A stretch of 64,000 nt of DNA from Octopus vulgaris (GCA_951406725.2 OX597814.1:148676001-148740000); one strand, 5' to 3'. Positions 12,651 through 26,182 are shown, counted from the stretch's first letter. The notes: generated by a model not told the origin, from the sequence alone. Numbers and translations are program-made.

Positions 12651-13075
12651 TTACTTTATTACTAATTACTCTCTTCCAAGAACATTTTCACTCACTCTTA
12701 GCTCTTAGCTTCCCATACATTTTACTCATGTATCTATCAGCGTCATAGACAGAATACTTTCACTTTAGTCTTCCTCAAATCACTCTGTCGCTATTTACTT
12801 TCATTTTATTCGTTGCCCACTGTGTGTGTGCGCTTGCGTGTGGTGTAAACCAGACTAAGAAAAGCATTTGACACACACACCAGAATGTGAGTTTTCTGTA
12901 AATTTTGCTTAATTGGAGTTTAAATTTAAAAAACTGGACCTGGCATGACGCGATGCATTGTACTCTTAAAAATGCTAGGTAAATTGTAATTGAAGAAATC
13001 CTATACTGTAGATTTGTATAACTCCCAAAGGGAGGCAGATAAAATCTGCCTTTTATAATAAGAGATATACCTAAA

Positions 13076-13170
<95 letters not shown>

Positions 13171-13221
13171 CAGAGTAAACAAAAAATAAAACTGAAAACA
13201 TTAGTACATGTATATTTTTAT

Positions 13222-13379
13222 TCATGTTTACGGAAGTAAGAAACTGGCTCAGGGTCCGAGAGGTTCGTGCTTTGGCACTTATCAAACTTTTATAAGTACT
13301 ACACTAAACTGATTTGATAATTGCCAAACCCACGAAATTCTTGGACCTTGAGTCACCCTGTTACTTCTGCTAAATATTG

Positions 13380-13380
<1 letters not shown>
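13222..13380. repeat. Diverged inverted repeat (~65-bp arms, 26-nt spacer) with a hammerhead-like motif in each arm
   Basis: Left arm TTTACGGAAGTAAG..GGCACTTATCAAA is the reverse complement of right arm TTTGATAATTGCC..GTTACTTCTGCTAAA, roughly 75% identical by eye. Confidence 0.8.
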
Positions 13381-13436
<56 letters not shown>

Positions 13437-14926
13437 TGGAAATAGATGTGTGGCGTTCAATTAAATAATAAATAGTAAATAATATATATATATATGTGTG
13501 TGTGTACATATATATGTGCTTATATATGTATATACGAGTACAGAACGTCACCAACGGTTCAAAACAATATAAAAGACTGGTTAAATACGTAAACAACAAG
13601 GAAAATGAAAAACAGGACAAGTAAACACAGAAAAAGTACCCTTCATCAGTTGTCGGTTTTCAATCTACTCATCGTTTCGAGCATATATATGGGAACGCTT
13701 AGTGCATGCATGTATATAAATATATGTATGCGTGTCTGTGTGTCTGTGTGTCTTTGGTATTTGTGAATGCACCTTTGTATCTGTGTGTACGTGTGCAATA
13801 TTTGGAGTCTGTTCTTATGTAAATTTCTATGTTTGCTTATTTATGCATATATTCTCATTATATAGTTGAATGTCAAACCATGCAAATATATATTTGGTTT
13901 CTATGTATGTATATATGTATGTATTTATATATATGTATGTATGTATATATGTACATACGAAGGTACGTATGTATGTTTATATATGTATGTCAGTACTTAG
14001 TTTGGTTTTAGAATTTTTGGCATACGATAGTATGTTTGCATACAATGATGCTATGTGTTATTCAATGAGTTTGAATCTGACTGAAACTTTCGGTGATTTT
14101 ATATGCTTTCCCGTTGTTTATATTCTATGATATCATTGAACAAAAATGTGTATAGACATCTTTATACACCTGAACGATTAAGTATGACTATTCATCGCGG
14201 TCTTGTAAAGAAAACACATATTTATTTAAAATTTAATACACTTATCTTTGAGCTCAACGTATATTACAGTTGTTATAATATATAATTGTGGATTCAAAAA
14301 TTAATGTAAAGCATTCACTCTAAAGCACATCTATTGTTACATCTTTTGAATATATATTTTATCTTTGTGAAAATATGGCTAATCATGTCGTCATATAATC
14401 CGTTGTACATATATATAGTAGCGCTTCATTTGCAGTCTATTACAATTGAATCTATTTTCACAATCTGTAATTAAAGCCAATGAAAATAGCATATATATTT
14501 ATTTACTATTAGCTAAATTATTACACTTACTGCCATTAACAATGTCATCAACTTGTTGCAGGTGGTAGTAATAGTTATAACATTCAATATCAACCGGGAA
14601 TCGTCGAGGCGCGAGGTTCTAAATGATAGATTGTCGTGCCTGAAATTCATGCAAATCTCTCATATTTCATACTACTTCTTAAATAAAGAAAGAAACCTCA
14701 CTTGATATGATCTTATATACTCTTGAAAAAGGTAGGATGGTCATAGCTCTCAGTGCTGACCTACGGCTAAATTATAACAAGGAAAACAGCAAGAACAAAT
14801 TATATCTGTCACGATACTCCTTCACAGAAAAAAAAAATTGAAGCAATGCCTTAGTTAAAACGAAATGTATTTGTTGGTACGCTTATATACTCCACATAAT
14901 ATGCATTGCTCAATTTGGTGTGTTTA

Positions 14927-15993
14927 GACAGCATTGATCATGTCAGCATTGATCATGACACGTTATGGAAATGTCTGGAGGAAATGGAAACACCTTTACA
15001 CCTTGTCCAGCTTATCAAACCGGGAGGCTACAGTACGGACACCATATGGTGACACAGTTTGGTTTGAGATTGGAAAAGGCACTCAGCAAGGTTGCATCCT
15101 GTCACCAGCAGCCTTCAACATGTACGCTGAAAAGGTCATGAGGAATGCAGGCCTGGAGGATAGCAGCATTGGAGTGAGGATTGGAGGAAGAAATATCAAT
15201 AACCTTCGCTATGCAGATGATACAACCCTGCTGGCGGAGAGTGGTAAGGATCTGGAAGATCTTGTCCTGCTGGTCAAGAAAGAGAGTGAGAAATTTGGGT
15301 TGTACCTCAATGTTAAGAAACCGAAGATCATGTCAACAGCAGCCACAACAAACATCAGTATCAAGATCGATAATGAAGAGATTGAAGTGGTTGATGATTT
15401 CATCTTCCTTGGCTCCAAAATAAATCGAGATGGTGACTTCACTCCAGAAATAAGCCGGCGGATACTACTAGGCAGAGAGGCAATGGTCAGTATGAGCAGG
15501 GTATGGAAGAGTAGAGACATCAGACTCGCTACCAAATGCAGATTGGTGAATGCAATTGTTTTCCCAATAGCAACATATGGATGCGAGACCTGGACACTAA
15601 AGAAAGCTGACCAGAAGAGAATTAATGCATTCGAGCTTTGGTGTTGGAGAAGACATTTCCGGATTCCATGGACAGCGAGGCTCACCAATGGAGAAGTTCT
15701 TAATCAGATAAGGCCGAAAATGTCGCTAGAAGCTGGGATCACCAAGCGTAGATTGGCATATTTCGGTCATTTTATGCGGAGAGAATCCCTGGAGAAGGAC
15801 ATCATGCTCGGAATGGTCAGTGGCAAGTGTGGAAGAGGCCGACCAAGAACTCGCTGGCTTGACACCATCAGGAGTGATACCGGAATGAACATGGCCAATC
15901 TGAAGGAAGCGGCTAAGGATAGAACTGACTGGAGGACACTGATCCAACGAATGACCGAGAGTCGACTTCGACTGAGCGGATAGAGAGAGAGAG
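14927..15993 (+). mobile_element. 5'-truncated RTE/BovB-like LINE with an open RT C-terminal ORF ending at 15983 and a (GA)n tail
   Basis: GTQQGCILSP, NLRYADDTTLLAES, FIFLGSKI, YGCETWT, AFELWCWRR, YFGHFMRR and RGRPRTRWLD are typical RTE RT and thumb motifs. No endonuclease domain is present. Confidence 0.95.
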
Positions 15994-17999
15994 TCTTGTA
16001 GTGGGTGAGCAGATTTTCTTTAACGTAATTTTCTTATGTATGTACTTTGGATTAAGATGCTTCATTCAAACCTTTTAACTTCATTCTCTCCATGCAAAGG
16101 TATTATTAGATTCATCAATAATTAATACAATAAATATGACGTTTTGAAAGTACATCACTGTCAATTACATTCATATACCATTTCTCTTAGCTTGATTTTC
16201 GCAGAAGCTTGTTTGTTGAATAATTCATTTAAGTAAGTCGCAAGTGATTCAAAAACATTTAAATAAAATATGCATGTGCTATCAGTTTTCTCTCCAATAA
16301 TCCTGGGTTCCAAACTATGGAATGTAGTAGGCTTAAGCCTACACCTTGAGAGTTTTTATACATAACATACATTGTAGTAACTTAGACAGCGGTTCTTTCT
16401 ATATTTTGAGATTCTCACTTGAGACATAAGAGTATTTAAATCTTACAAACAGATTCTATAAATTAATTTCCAATTATCAGTCACTTAAAAGTCGGAGAAA
16501 AGTAGATAATTGTATAAAAATAAGTCTTACAATGTACTTTGATAGATTTGAGTATTATGAAATGTAGTAAACACATTTACCTGTCTAAATGTTTATTCAT
16601 ACGTTCAGGTGATATCTCTAGAGAATTCAACTTATCTATATGTGTATATCAATTTGAAATAACCCAGACTACATAATAAATATAAAATAACACCTTTACT
16701 CTGCAAAAAATTTTTCTCTAATTTTCTACTTTATTATTTTCCAGATTTATTTATTTATTTATTGTTTTATTATTACTAAATTTCTACACAGTGTTGAAAA
16801 ACAGTGATTGTTAAAATCTAGCATTACATTTACTCTTCAATTCAGAGAAAAGGTAAGTAACACAGACGCAAATTTATTTTTGTTTTTTTATTTTGAGCAT
16901 ATTTTCTATGCTTTTAGTGTAATATTGATTTTACACGATATTTGTTCATCGATTACCATGTCTTTTCTTCATAGACAAATATGATGGTGTTAGAATGATC
17001 ACATACTAAACTCACATCAAGAAAAAACATTATTAACATTTTTCGGTATATCAAGTTTTATTTTCAATCAGAAGCTACTTTTGTATAACATTTCTATAAA
17101 ATGAATGATGGCAATAGTTTTCTCGTTGTGACAATAATTCTGTTTGTATATCACGTCTCATTGATACTAATATTTCATATTGTTACGCATAGTGGATTAC
17201 CGCAGTAAGTCTAAATATTTTTGGGAAATCGTTTTAAATTAATTGAGGGCCAAGTTCTGAAACTAAACAGGCTGAGGGCATGAGTCTAAAACCAATGACA
17301 AGATATAACCCATTCAACTGTAATTCTCGTAGTTACCGTATTCCGGATTCAACTCAGAAAGATTGAATCAACTCGAAGCTTCGACACAGAACATTTAACC
17401 TAAATGCTACCCCTGACAAGGAACAAGAATTTATGTGAAATTGAAGTGCCGTCTTAAACACTGTATCATTCATAGCTCATTAAATGCTTATAGTTGTTTT
17501 CTTTATAATATCATTGGACAAGATTTTGATTAATATTTGATTCAGCTTTCATTTTGAGAATATTGCAGGCAATCGCTTAATGAATTTTAAATAAGTAAGC
17601 AACTAGAATGTTATGAAAATATGCTCCCATATCGATTGAGATGTTTAATAAATTGCGTTTAATGGAATGATGGATACTCTATTCAGTTATTTCCTATATC
17701 CCGAATTGCGTAATGAAACGGTAATCTAGCGACAACGCCAGATACGTAAGGGAGCTCATACATATGGATCTAGTTTGCTTGTTACATTCTTCATGTTCCT
17801 GTTTTATGGTGGTAAATGTGTCGATAAAAATCATTTCACTACATACTCCCTTTTCAATACGATGCATCGTAAGTAAATTATAACTTAAGTATACTACAAA
17901 GAAAATTTCAGGATAAAATTTTAAAATGTTTATATTTACAACTTCTAGCTGAGAAATCAACGTATCCACGAATTTCAACATTGATCAATATAAATAATA

Positions 18000-18425
18000 C
18001 ATATTATATGCGGTATTTATTTCGGCATCGACCGCAAGGTTACACCGCTTTCGTTACTATTTCCCTATTATTTTCTCATTTTCACCTACATCTTACCTTT
18101 AACTCATTCATATCCCATTTAACACAGTCACCCCTAACTAAACACCTGCATCCCACATCGCCCATCCGTCTGTTCCTTTCGGATACATGAACTTGTATAT
18201 GTAAACAATATCCCGACACCTCCTGTCTCCTTAACTCCAACATAGAACCACATTCTTAATCGGCTTCTAACATTTTTCTCCGTTTCATTTCCTCTCATTT
18301 CTACAACTCTTCTTCATGTCTTGTCAAGACAAGTTTCCTTTTTCTTTCCATTTTCTTTTCAAGCCTGAGACTCATGTGAATACTTGTCCCTCTAGTACAT
18401 TTCTTCTTTTTCCTCATTTATTGTA
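18000..18425 (+). mobile_element. Possible highly decayed Penelope-like 3' region
   Basis: Weak IFxLxxxxPxGL-like motif followed by C/T-rich sequence resembling the other Penelope tails. Confidence 0.3.
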
Positions 18426-19297
18426 TATAAGTGTGTGTATGTATGGAGAGGGAAACATACATTCTTTAAAGTGGAATAGTTTGCGCATCATTGATAAAAC
18501 AGAATAAAAACGTTTCGTGAAGAAAATACCAAGTATCTGAGTTGTGATTTCTAGATAGGCCCTCTTTATGTGAGATCGTTGTGCTTGTAACTGTTCCGTA
18601 TGACAATATCTGGGACAATATCTGGGATACTGATTCGGGTCATATGTGAATTGATATTTTCACAGCTGGCCTGACGTCTATCGCTACTGTGTCAGTTAGG
18701 CCCACCACTGCAACGGATGCTACAATTGAAAAACCTGTTTGGGATTTCGAATAACATCGTCATTCAGGTCTAGGTTTCAATTCCGATAACCATTGCAAAA
18801 TAATTTCGCTAGAAAGCTCCTGTCGGCTACTTCTGAAAAGCGGTGAATGTATATGTAGGACTGTCTTAGTCGCAATGATAAAGAGAAATCTTATCACATA
18901 AGCATGTCAGTTGAGAAAGTAGTGCACCTTCTGATCGGTTCAAATATAACGACGTTGACGGACTTGTTGGCGCAATGCGCCTCGGCGAATCACATATTTT
19001 ACGACGTTAGATTTTTCGATGTGAAATGTGATAAAGTATGGAAGTTTGCTCATACTGAAAGGTTTGGTATTAGAGATGTTATAGTCAAAAGAAAATGAAT
19101 AACCTATAGATCTATTTCCGTGATAACTGTTGCGATGGTTGTAACAAACTTAGATAATTTGCAACTTGTAAAATTCAAAACAATATCTTGTGGTTACATA
19201 CTACTCAAAGAAGCTATATGTCTTATTAAATCGAACATGCATTTTCTTTCAGTACTTTCCATTTCCTTATTCCTCTCTCTCTCTATATATATATATA

Positions 19298-20210
19298 TGG
19301 CCATCCGGATTCCCGTTTGCGCCGTGAACAGGAATTAATCTTCTCTCTTCGCTCTTATACGCCATTTGGTCTCAACTCTCCCCCCTCCTCATCTAACCCC
19401 CTCCCCCTCCTCATCTATCCTCCCCCCCGACCCCTACTTCTCTTCAGTCCTTCATCCTTTCACCCCTACTCCTCTTCCCTTCTTCCCTCTTTCTCCCTCC
19501 CTCCTTCTTCCCTCTTCTTCCCTCTTTCTCTCTGCTCCCTCACTCCCCTTCTCTCTCTCCCCTTCTCCCTCTATCCTCCCTCCTCCTCTCCCCTCCTCTT
19601 CTCCTCTCCTTCCTTCTACCCCTTCTCTCCCCTCTTCTCCTCGCCTTCCTTCTCCCCTTCCCCCTCCCCTTCTCCCCTCTTCTCCCCTTTCTTTCTCCCC
19701 CCTCTCCATCTCCTCCCCTCTCCCCCTTACCCCCCTCTTCCCTCATCTCCTCTCTCTACACTACACCATACGACTTTACACATCACATCATATATACATA
19801 CACACGTCCAGACCTCTCATACGCACTAATACTCTCTCATACACACACACACACACACTCTTCTCATACACACACACTCTTATGTTGGAGCGAGGTCATT
19901 TAACCCTATTATCTCCCCTAATTTCGCTCTTGCGTCTCACGTCTGATCTTTGACTTCTGGCCGAAATCATATCGCCATGTTGATTCGCTAGCCTCTGCAC
20001 GCATTTTTTTCTCTCCTTCTTTCTGTGTTTTTTCTCTGTGTATCTTTCTGTTGAAGAGCGTAGGCTCGAAACGTTAAAGACTTGTTTTATTTATATTTCC
20101 TGAGCGCCATACTAATACAATTGTTTGTTTGTATTCCACCTGCCTTCGTCTTTTGTTTATTTCCGTAAACCTGCCTTCGTCTTTTGTCTATTTTCATAAA
20201 GCTTCCCGTT
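19298..20210 (+). mobile_element. Penelope-like element 3' end/pLTR
   Basis: RREQELIFSLRSYTPFGLN matches the EN C-terminus of the copies at 6110 and 47700. Pyrimidine-rich tract, shared terminal hammerhead segment, TA-rich flanks. Confidence 0.85.
20043..20080 (+). ncRNA. Minimal type I hammerhead ribozyme motif in the Penelope pLTR
   Basis: UCUUU-CUGUUGA-A-GAGC(GUAG)GCUC-GAAAC-GUU-AAAGA: 5-bp stem I, 4-bp stem II and a loopless palindromic stem III (ACGU). Core has U at position 6. Confidence 0.7.
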
Positions 20211-20959
20211 ATATATATTTATATATCTCACACACACGCACACACTCACTCCATGTATGTGTGTCACACAAAGTCTCACGGTATATCTCTATCTATATAT
20301 CTATCTATCTATCTATCTGTCTGTATGTATGTATGTCTATCTGTCTGCCTATCCACCTATCCGTCTATCATTAACATTCACATGTTTCTAATCTTGTCCA
20401 CGTTTTCCCTTCCCCTTTTGCCCTAGTGCTAGTCGTACTCAACAGAGATAGCAAATACTACATCGTCCCACAAGAGCATATTGTTTGATAGTTAATTAAT
20501 GCGAGGAATTTGAGAAATATGATTATGGTAGATGTGGGCAATTAATGAATATAGATATTACATAATTTGAATATACGTGTTTTCCACTACGGAGAAGGTC
20601 AATCTATTTATCATACAGCATACAAAACAGACAAAGAGGAAATAAGCTATATTCAATGTAATTGAAAACAGTCGATCATTTGTTTGTGCTTTAATACAGC
20701 TACCTACTTAAGTTGTCTGCATCGATAAGTTGTCAGGCTCTCAACTGAAGCCGTCTCTTATCTTATTTTTGAGCAATAAAATTCTTCTGTTTACTTGTCT
20801 GTCCAGAGTACAAAAAGAGATCGGATGATGGCAGGCCGACAGACTTGTTGAAATCTAATGATGCCAAATTTAATCTTCTACCATATATTGTTGACTTTTC
20901 AAGCTATTCCCTCTTATAAGGAGAGAAATGATACTGTAATAGTATATCATAATAGTTCA

Positions 20960-21017
<58 letters not shown>

Positions 21018-21589
21018 TGTTTGTGTGTGTGTGTCTGTGTGTAGCATCAAAACAGATAGGGATTAATACGGGAAGGGAGTCAGACAAAATATTTATTAAG
21101 CTCTCTGCAGAGAAAATATATACGAGGCTAACAAAAATATCTTGTGGTCTTATGATCGATATTCTACTCCAGGTAATCCGAAGTTGAAGGCCAAAGTCGA
21201 AGTTCATAACCAGTCAAAGTTCTAAATTCGTTGCTTTAATACCCGCTTGAGATGGTATGTTATTACGGTGTGAATATAAAATAAACAAAATTAATGGGTC
21301 ATATACATTTATTCATTTATTTATTTATTTATTTATTATAGGCGGACAGCTGTTTCAGGTATGCATTTTTGTACTTTCATGGTTCAATTTTATCAAACGA
21401 CTGACAATATAAGAACCACCATCCCGACGCTATCGTCTCCAGGACCAAAACAAATTGCCAAAGAAGCAGAGGAAAAGAAAAGAAAGAGGATAGGATTTGG
21501 TCAGTGTATCATTCTTACGGAAATATGTCACCTCTTTCTAGCCATGTACCTTAAGCTATTCTTCTTTTTTACCAATAGTGAGCAGTATT

Positions 21590-22449
21590 GATCTCCAATA
21601 AACAATTTGATACACGACATCTTTAAGGTCAATGGGTATGTTGCTCGGGATCTTGAAGAACAGAGTAGAATTGACAAGAATTGCAACCTCTCTTGGACAC
21701 AAGACCTCTACATCACATCACAATGTGAAGGTTATGCATTTGCAATCCAGTAACAGGAGATTTCCACAAACTATCGGGTGAACTACAGAGACAGTAATGC
21801 TCTTGTTATCCCAAAGTGCAACCGCCTGTGTAGGCTATGTCATGTTTCCGTGGATGACTTTACGCATGAGATTAGCATGTGTTCGTCAGAGTGCTATCTC
21901 CCTATGCGGCACGATGTCGTTACTAAGGCAATTTACAATGCCATCCGAAAAAAAAGATGTTAACATAAGGCTGAAGATCAATGACAAAGAGTACAGCTAT
22001 GCTGAACTATTGAGAAATCTGCAGTTACTCTGTCCAGATTACTAGTTCAGGTTTCTACCTGTGATAACTGGGCCTCCAGGATGTGTAACACACCTCCTTA
22101 ATATCAATCTTGACAAATTAGGATTCTCAAAGCTAGAAAGGAGAAAGCTAATACGAAGAATGCAGATTCAATCCATCACTGGAACTGCAAGAATCTGTAA
22201 AAGATTCCAGAAGTTTATCATTTAAATAGATATGAGCATGTCTAGATATGCAACTATATGCATGGAAATACATACGTAAAACATACAAATCTGCACATAC
22301 ATACATACATACATGCATACATACATACATGCATACATACCTACATATGTAAATACATACATATATACATACATACATGCATGCATATATACCTACATAT
22401 GTAAATACATACATACATACATACATACATACATACATACATACATACA

Positions 22450-22481
<32 letters not shown>

Positions 22482-22600
22482 AACACACATAAATACCTTG
22501 TTGCTGATGTTGAAATTCCAATGAAAGAACATTGGCTCTAGGTTAGGAATCGGTTCTTTCTTTATTTGCAAGAAATCTGGATATAAACTGAATAAAGACA
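21590..22600 (+). mobile_element. R4/Dong-like RLE LINE, 3' fragment with 3' UTR, ending in (CATA)n
   Basis: EGYAFAIQ*QEIST, CRLC..DDFTHEISMCSSECYLPMRHD (zinc-knuckle region), YAELLRNLQLL, IQSITGTARICKRFQK*. Homologous to 40790-42170. Confidence 0.8.
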
Positions 22601-24319
22601 TACATTCATACGTACATACATGCATGCATACATACATACATACAAACATACATACATACATACATACATACATCCATACATAGACGCACATATATTTTCC
22701 ACATACTTATCGAATTCTTTATAGTTTCACTTTGAAAATATTCCCTCAACCTTACATACATATATATGTGTCGGTTTGTATGTGTGCAATTGTATATGTA
22801 TGGGTGTGTACTTGTATGTTAGTATGTTAGGCAGCTATTCATGTAGTTTAGCGTAATGTATAACTGCTTTATATACATCAGCCGGTGCCATAATGCATGA
22901 CGTACTCATCCCGTAGAATTGAAATTTTCTGGCAGAGTGAATTGCGTAATGGTGCTGTTTTCCTCACAGACTATGCTCAACAGCCCTACTATACTGTGTA
23001 CTCGACAAAATAGAAACAAACAAACATAAAATGGCGATAATTTACCCATCACACCATATATATATATATATATATAGATAGATATAGATATAGATATACG
23101 TTCCTAGTTACCATGGAACTATGTTTAGAAAGCCTAATTGTCAGTACAAATGCCATAAAATTTTCCATTAAAACTTAAATATCATGTTATATCCGAGAAA
23201 TATATACTAACCGAATCACTAATTCTAAATATTGTCATAACATTCTAGCATTTAAATACATGAAAGTTATTTGATATACGTACCTTTCATAGTCTCTTTT
23301 TCCCTTCATTTTCACCTACTTTACAGGATCATATTCATAAACTAAAATATAATTCGTCGAAAAATTCAAAAGAACTTATTTATGTCTTTCTCTTATTAAT
23401 CTACCGTTAGCTCTTTAGTAATTGTCCTCGGTTATGCCACGTTCTGTAAAAACTTATTGCCGCTCTTTTTCCCCTTCTTTCTGTCGTTTGGTATATATTT
23501 TTGTGAAATTAATTGTCATTTGTTAACACTGCTTTTCGTAGGTCCGTAGAAGTCTACATTGTTTGCTCTAATATATTTAAGTAGATGTATTTGCATTAAT
23601 TTGTTATGTATTGATGACTAATCAAGTATGTGGAAAATGCCCAGTGTAGTCTATGGCAACAACAGGACAATTGGTTTGAAGCGTATAAAAGTAGCATATA
23701 GACGTCTTTCAATTAGCGATATTTGTTCCATTGCATTTTCTCTTGTCGAGTTCATTGACTTGAGAAAATAATACTTCTCTTATCAAAATATTCACTTGCT
23801 GATTATTTCTGATTTCTATACCGCTTCCTATATTTGTGTGTATGTATATATGTATGTATGTACGTATGTATGTGTGTGCGTGCTTCTGTATGTGTCTGTG
23901 ACTGGAGTGTGTGTATATATGTCTCTGTGTGTCAGTGTCTGTATATATCTATATCAATATATATATATGTTAGTAGTTATTTAGCTGGCGGAGTTTGGCT
24001 AATGAGAAATCACGCGCCAATTTGGAGCTAAATTTCGAAACCGGTACCAAGGAGACCAGCATGTACTTGTTCTGACCCATTTGAGGTAAGACATTTTTAT
24101 TGTTCCCTGATAAATTTTCTTATCTTGTCTGTAATAGATTTGTGTCTATTTGGTGGTACAGAAGTAATTTTTGACTTCTATCAATAGCGATATAGGTACT
24201 CATGTATTACCCTTGTGTAAATATGTACATATCTAATGTTGTATATATATATCTTATTACTTTGCCTGTACGGCTGATAATTCGCTTGCCACTTGTGATG
24301 GTATTTTAATAATACCATC

Positions 24320-24394
<75 letters not shown>

Positions 24395-24659
24395 CGATTT
24401 AGAGGTGTTAGCCCTATTAGGGGATGGTATCATCCAAGGAAATACTGGTTCAGTACCTAATATTTTGAGAGAATTAATTTCCTTAAAATAGGCAAATATG
24501 AAGACTGGAAATTTACCAATTGTTTATTATTAACAACAGATCAATCGTCATCCCTCAGAGTTGTTTCAATTAGTACTCAGTGAATTAATTAAATATCAAT
24601 TTCATATCACTGAGCATACCAATGTATGTTTATAAATGTGTTTATGGATTCATTATGTA

Positions 24660-24720
<61 letters not shown>

Positions 24721-24749
24721 TGGACGCTCAAGAAAGGAAAGAAAGAAGG

Positions 24750-24790
24750 ATGACTTAACGTTTCGAGCGGAGATCTCGTCGTCAGGAACA
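24750..24790 (-). ncRNA. Minimal hammerhead motif in a small Penelope-pLTR-like fragment within (TA)n
   Basis: Minus strand CUGACGA-C-GAG(AUCUCCG)CUC-GAAAC-GUU-AAG; canonical core, weak stem I. Confidence 0.55.
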
Positions 24791-24802
24791 TGGTGTTTAT
24801 AT

Positions 24803-24872
<70 letters not shown>

Positions 24873-24989
24873 GGAACTATGATTATTTATATTAAAAAGG
24901 AAAAAGGTCCTTTATAGAGAAGGAAGGAAAAAGGAAACAAGGAAGGAAAGACGGAGAAAGGAAATCGCCAACGATACATACGTGTTTAT

Positions 24990-25077
<88 letters not shown>

Positions 25078-25271
25078 GGAACTATGATTATTTATATTAC
25101 AAAGTATGTATGAAATTCGAAACAATTTGTTGGCCTTTTATAGTCTTTACAATCATTTGTATAATATTATGTTATGTTATATATTATATTCATAGTATTT
25201 AATGTAATATAGTAATATAAATAAATTATTGGATTTTCAATAGAATATCTCTATATTTTATTTATCTTTAT

Positions 25272-25383
<112 letters not shown>

Positions 25384-25825
25384 ATGTTTGTGCGTGCGTG
25401 TGTATGTAAGTATATGTGTATAGATATATGCGCATGCTTATATCTATAAATACGACTATTTTGATATGAGTGAGTGGGAGAGTGAGTGAGAGAGAGGCAA
25501 GAGAGAGAGAGAAAGAGATGTGAAGTAGTCAATCTTCTATCGTCGCCAAAATGAGGCAAAGGTTGGTAATATAGCAATAAATGTATACATGCGTAGGTAT
25601 GATTATTGGAAATGTGTTAGTGTGTATTGTCTGGACCAATTATTTAATGATATATTCTCAAAGTAGAATTAGAATGTCGCGAATACATAAAAAATGCTCT
25701 ACTACGTGCATGACGTATATTTTCTCTTTTTTGACTCCACGCACAAGTATGTGTCAGTCAATATATTCCCTCAATCTCGCACGCTTTCGCTATCTCTATT
25801 TCATTCTTCTCCATATGTATATATG

Positions 25826-25867
<42 letters not shown>

Positions 25868-26060
25868 TGTAATAAGTGACAATTATTCGGTAGAAATGAT
25901 AAAACTCCGAGTTTCGGATGCCGAGGTGGAAATCCACGCCGCCATCTCTTCACTTATCAGGCCATCGGAAAAAAGTGCTAGTAAAATCCTATAGCCGCAT
26001 AACTGAAGAGATGAAACTCGGAGTTTTATCATGGCTCCCGTATAATTGTCACATATTACA
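25868..26060. repeat. Inverted-repeat mini-element with two divergent hammerhead motifs
   Basis: 48-bp terminal inverted repeats (TGTAATAAGTGACAATTAT..AAACTCCGAGTTTC / GAAACTCGGAGTTTT..ATAATTGTCACATATTACA) plus an inner pair ATCTCTTCACTTAT / ATAACTGAAGAGAT. Confidence 0.85.
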
Positions 26061-26144
26061 TTTACAGATGAATTCCTCTATTTACATAATATCGATGTCT
26101 CTTTACTCTTTTGTTGTCTTACCATTTTTATCAATATATATTTG

Positions 26145-26180
<36 letters not shown>

Positions 26181-26182
<2 letters not shown>

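Noticed and set aside
13635-13685. Possible type II hammerhead on the minus strand (GAAAC...CUGAUGA)
   Set aside because: Stem I cannot form; more likely truncated pieces of a pLTR.
16745-16858. AG...AAG|GTAAGT exon-like segment
   Set aside because: AT-rich, with no convincing reading frame and no partner exons.
18666-19098. Exon-like, GC-richer stretch on the plus strand
   Set aside because: In-frame stops, weak splice sites and no recognisable domain.
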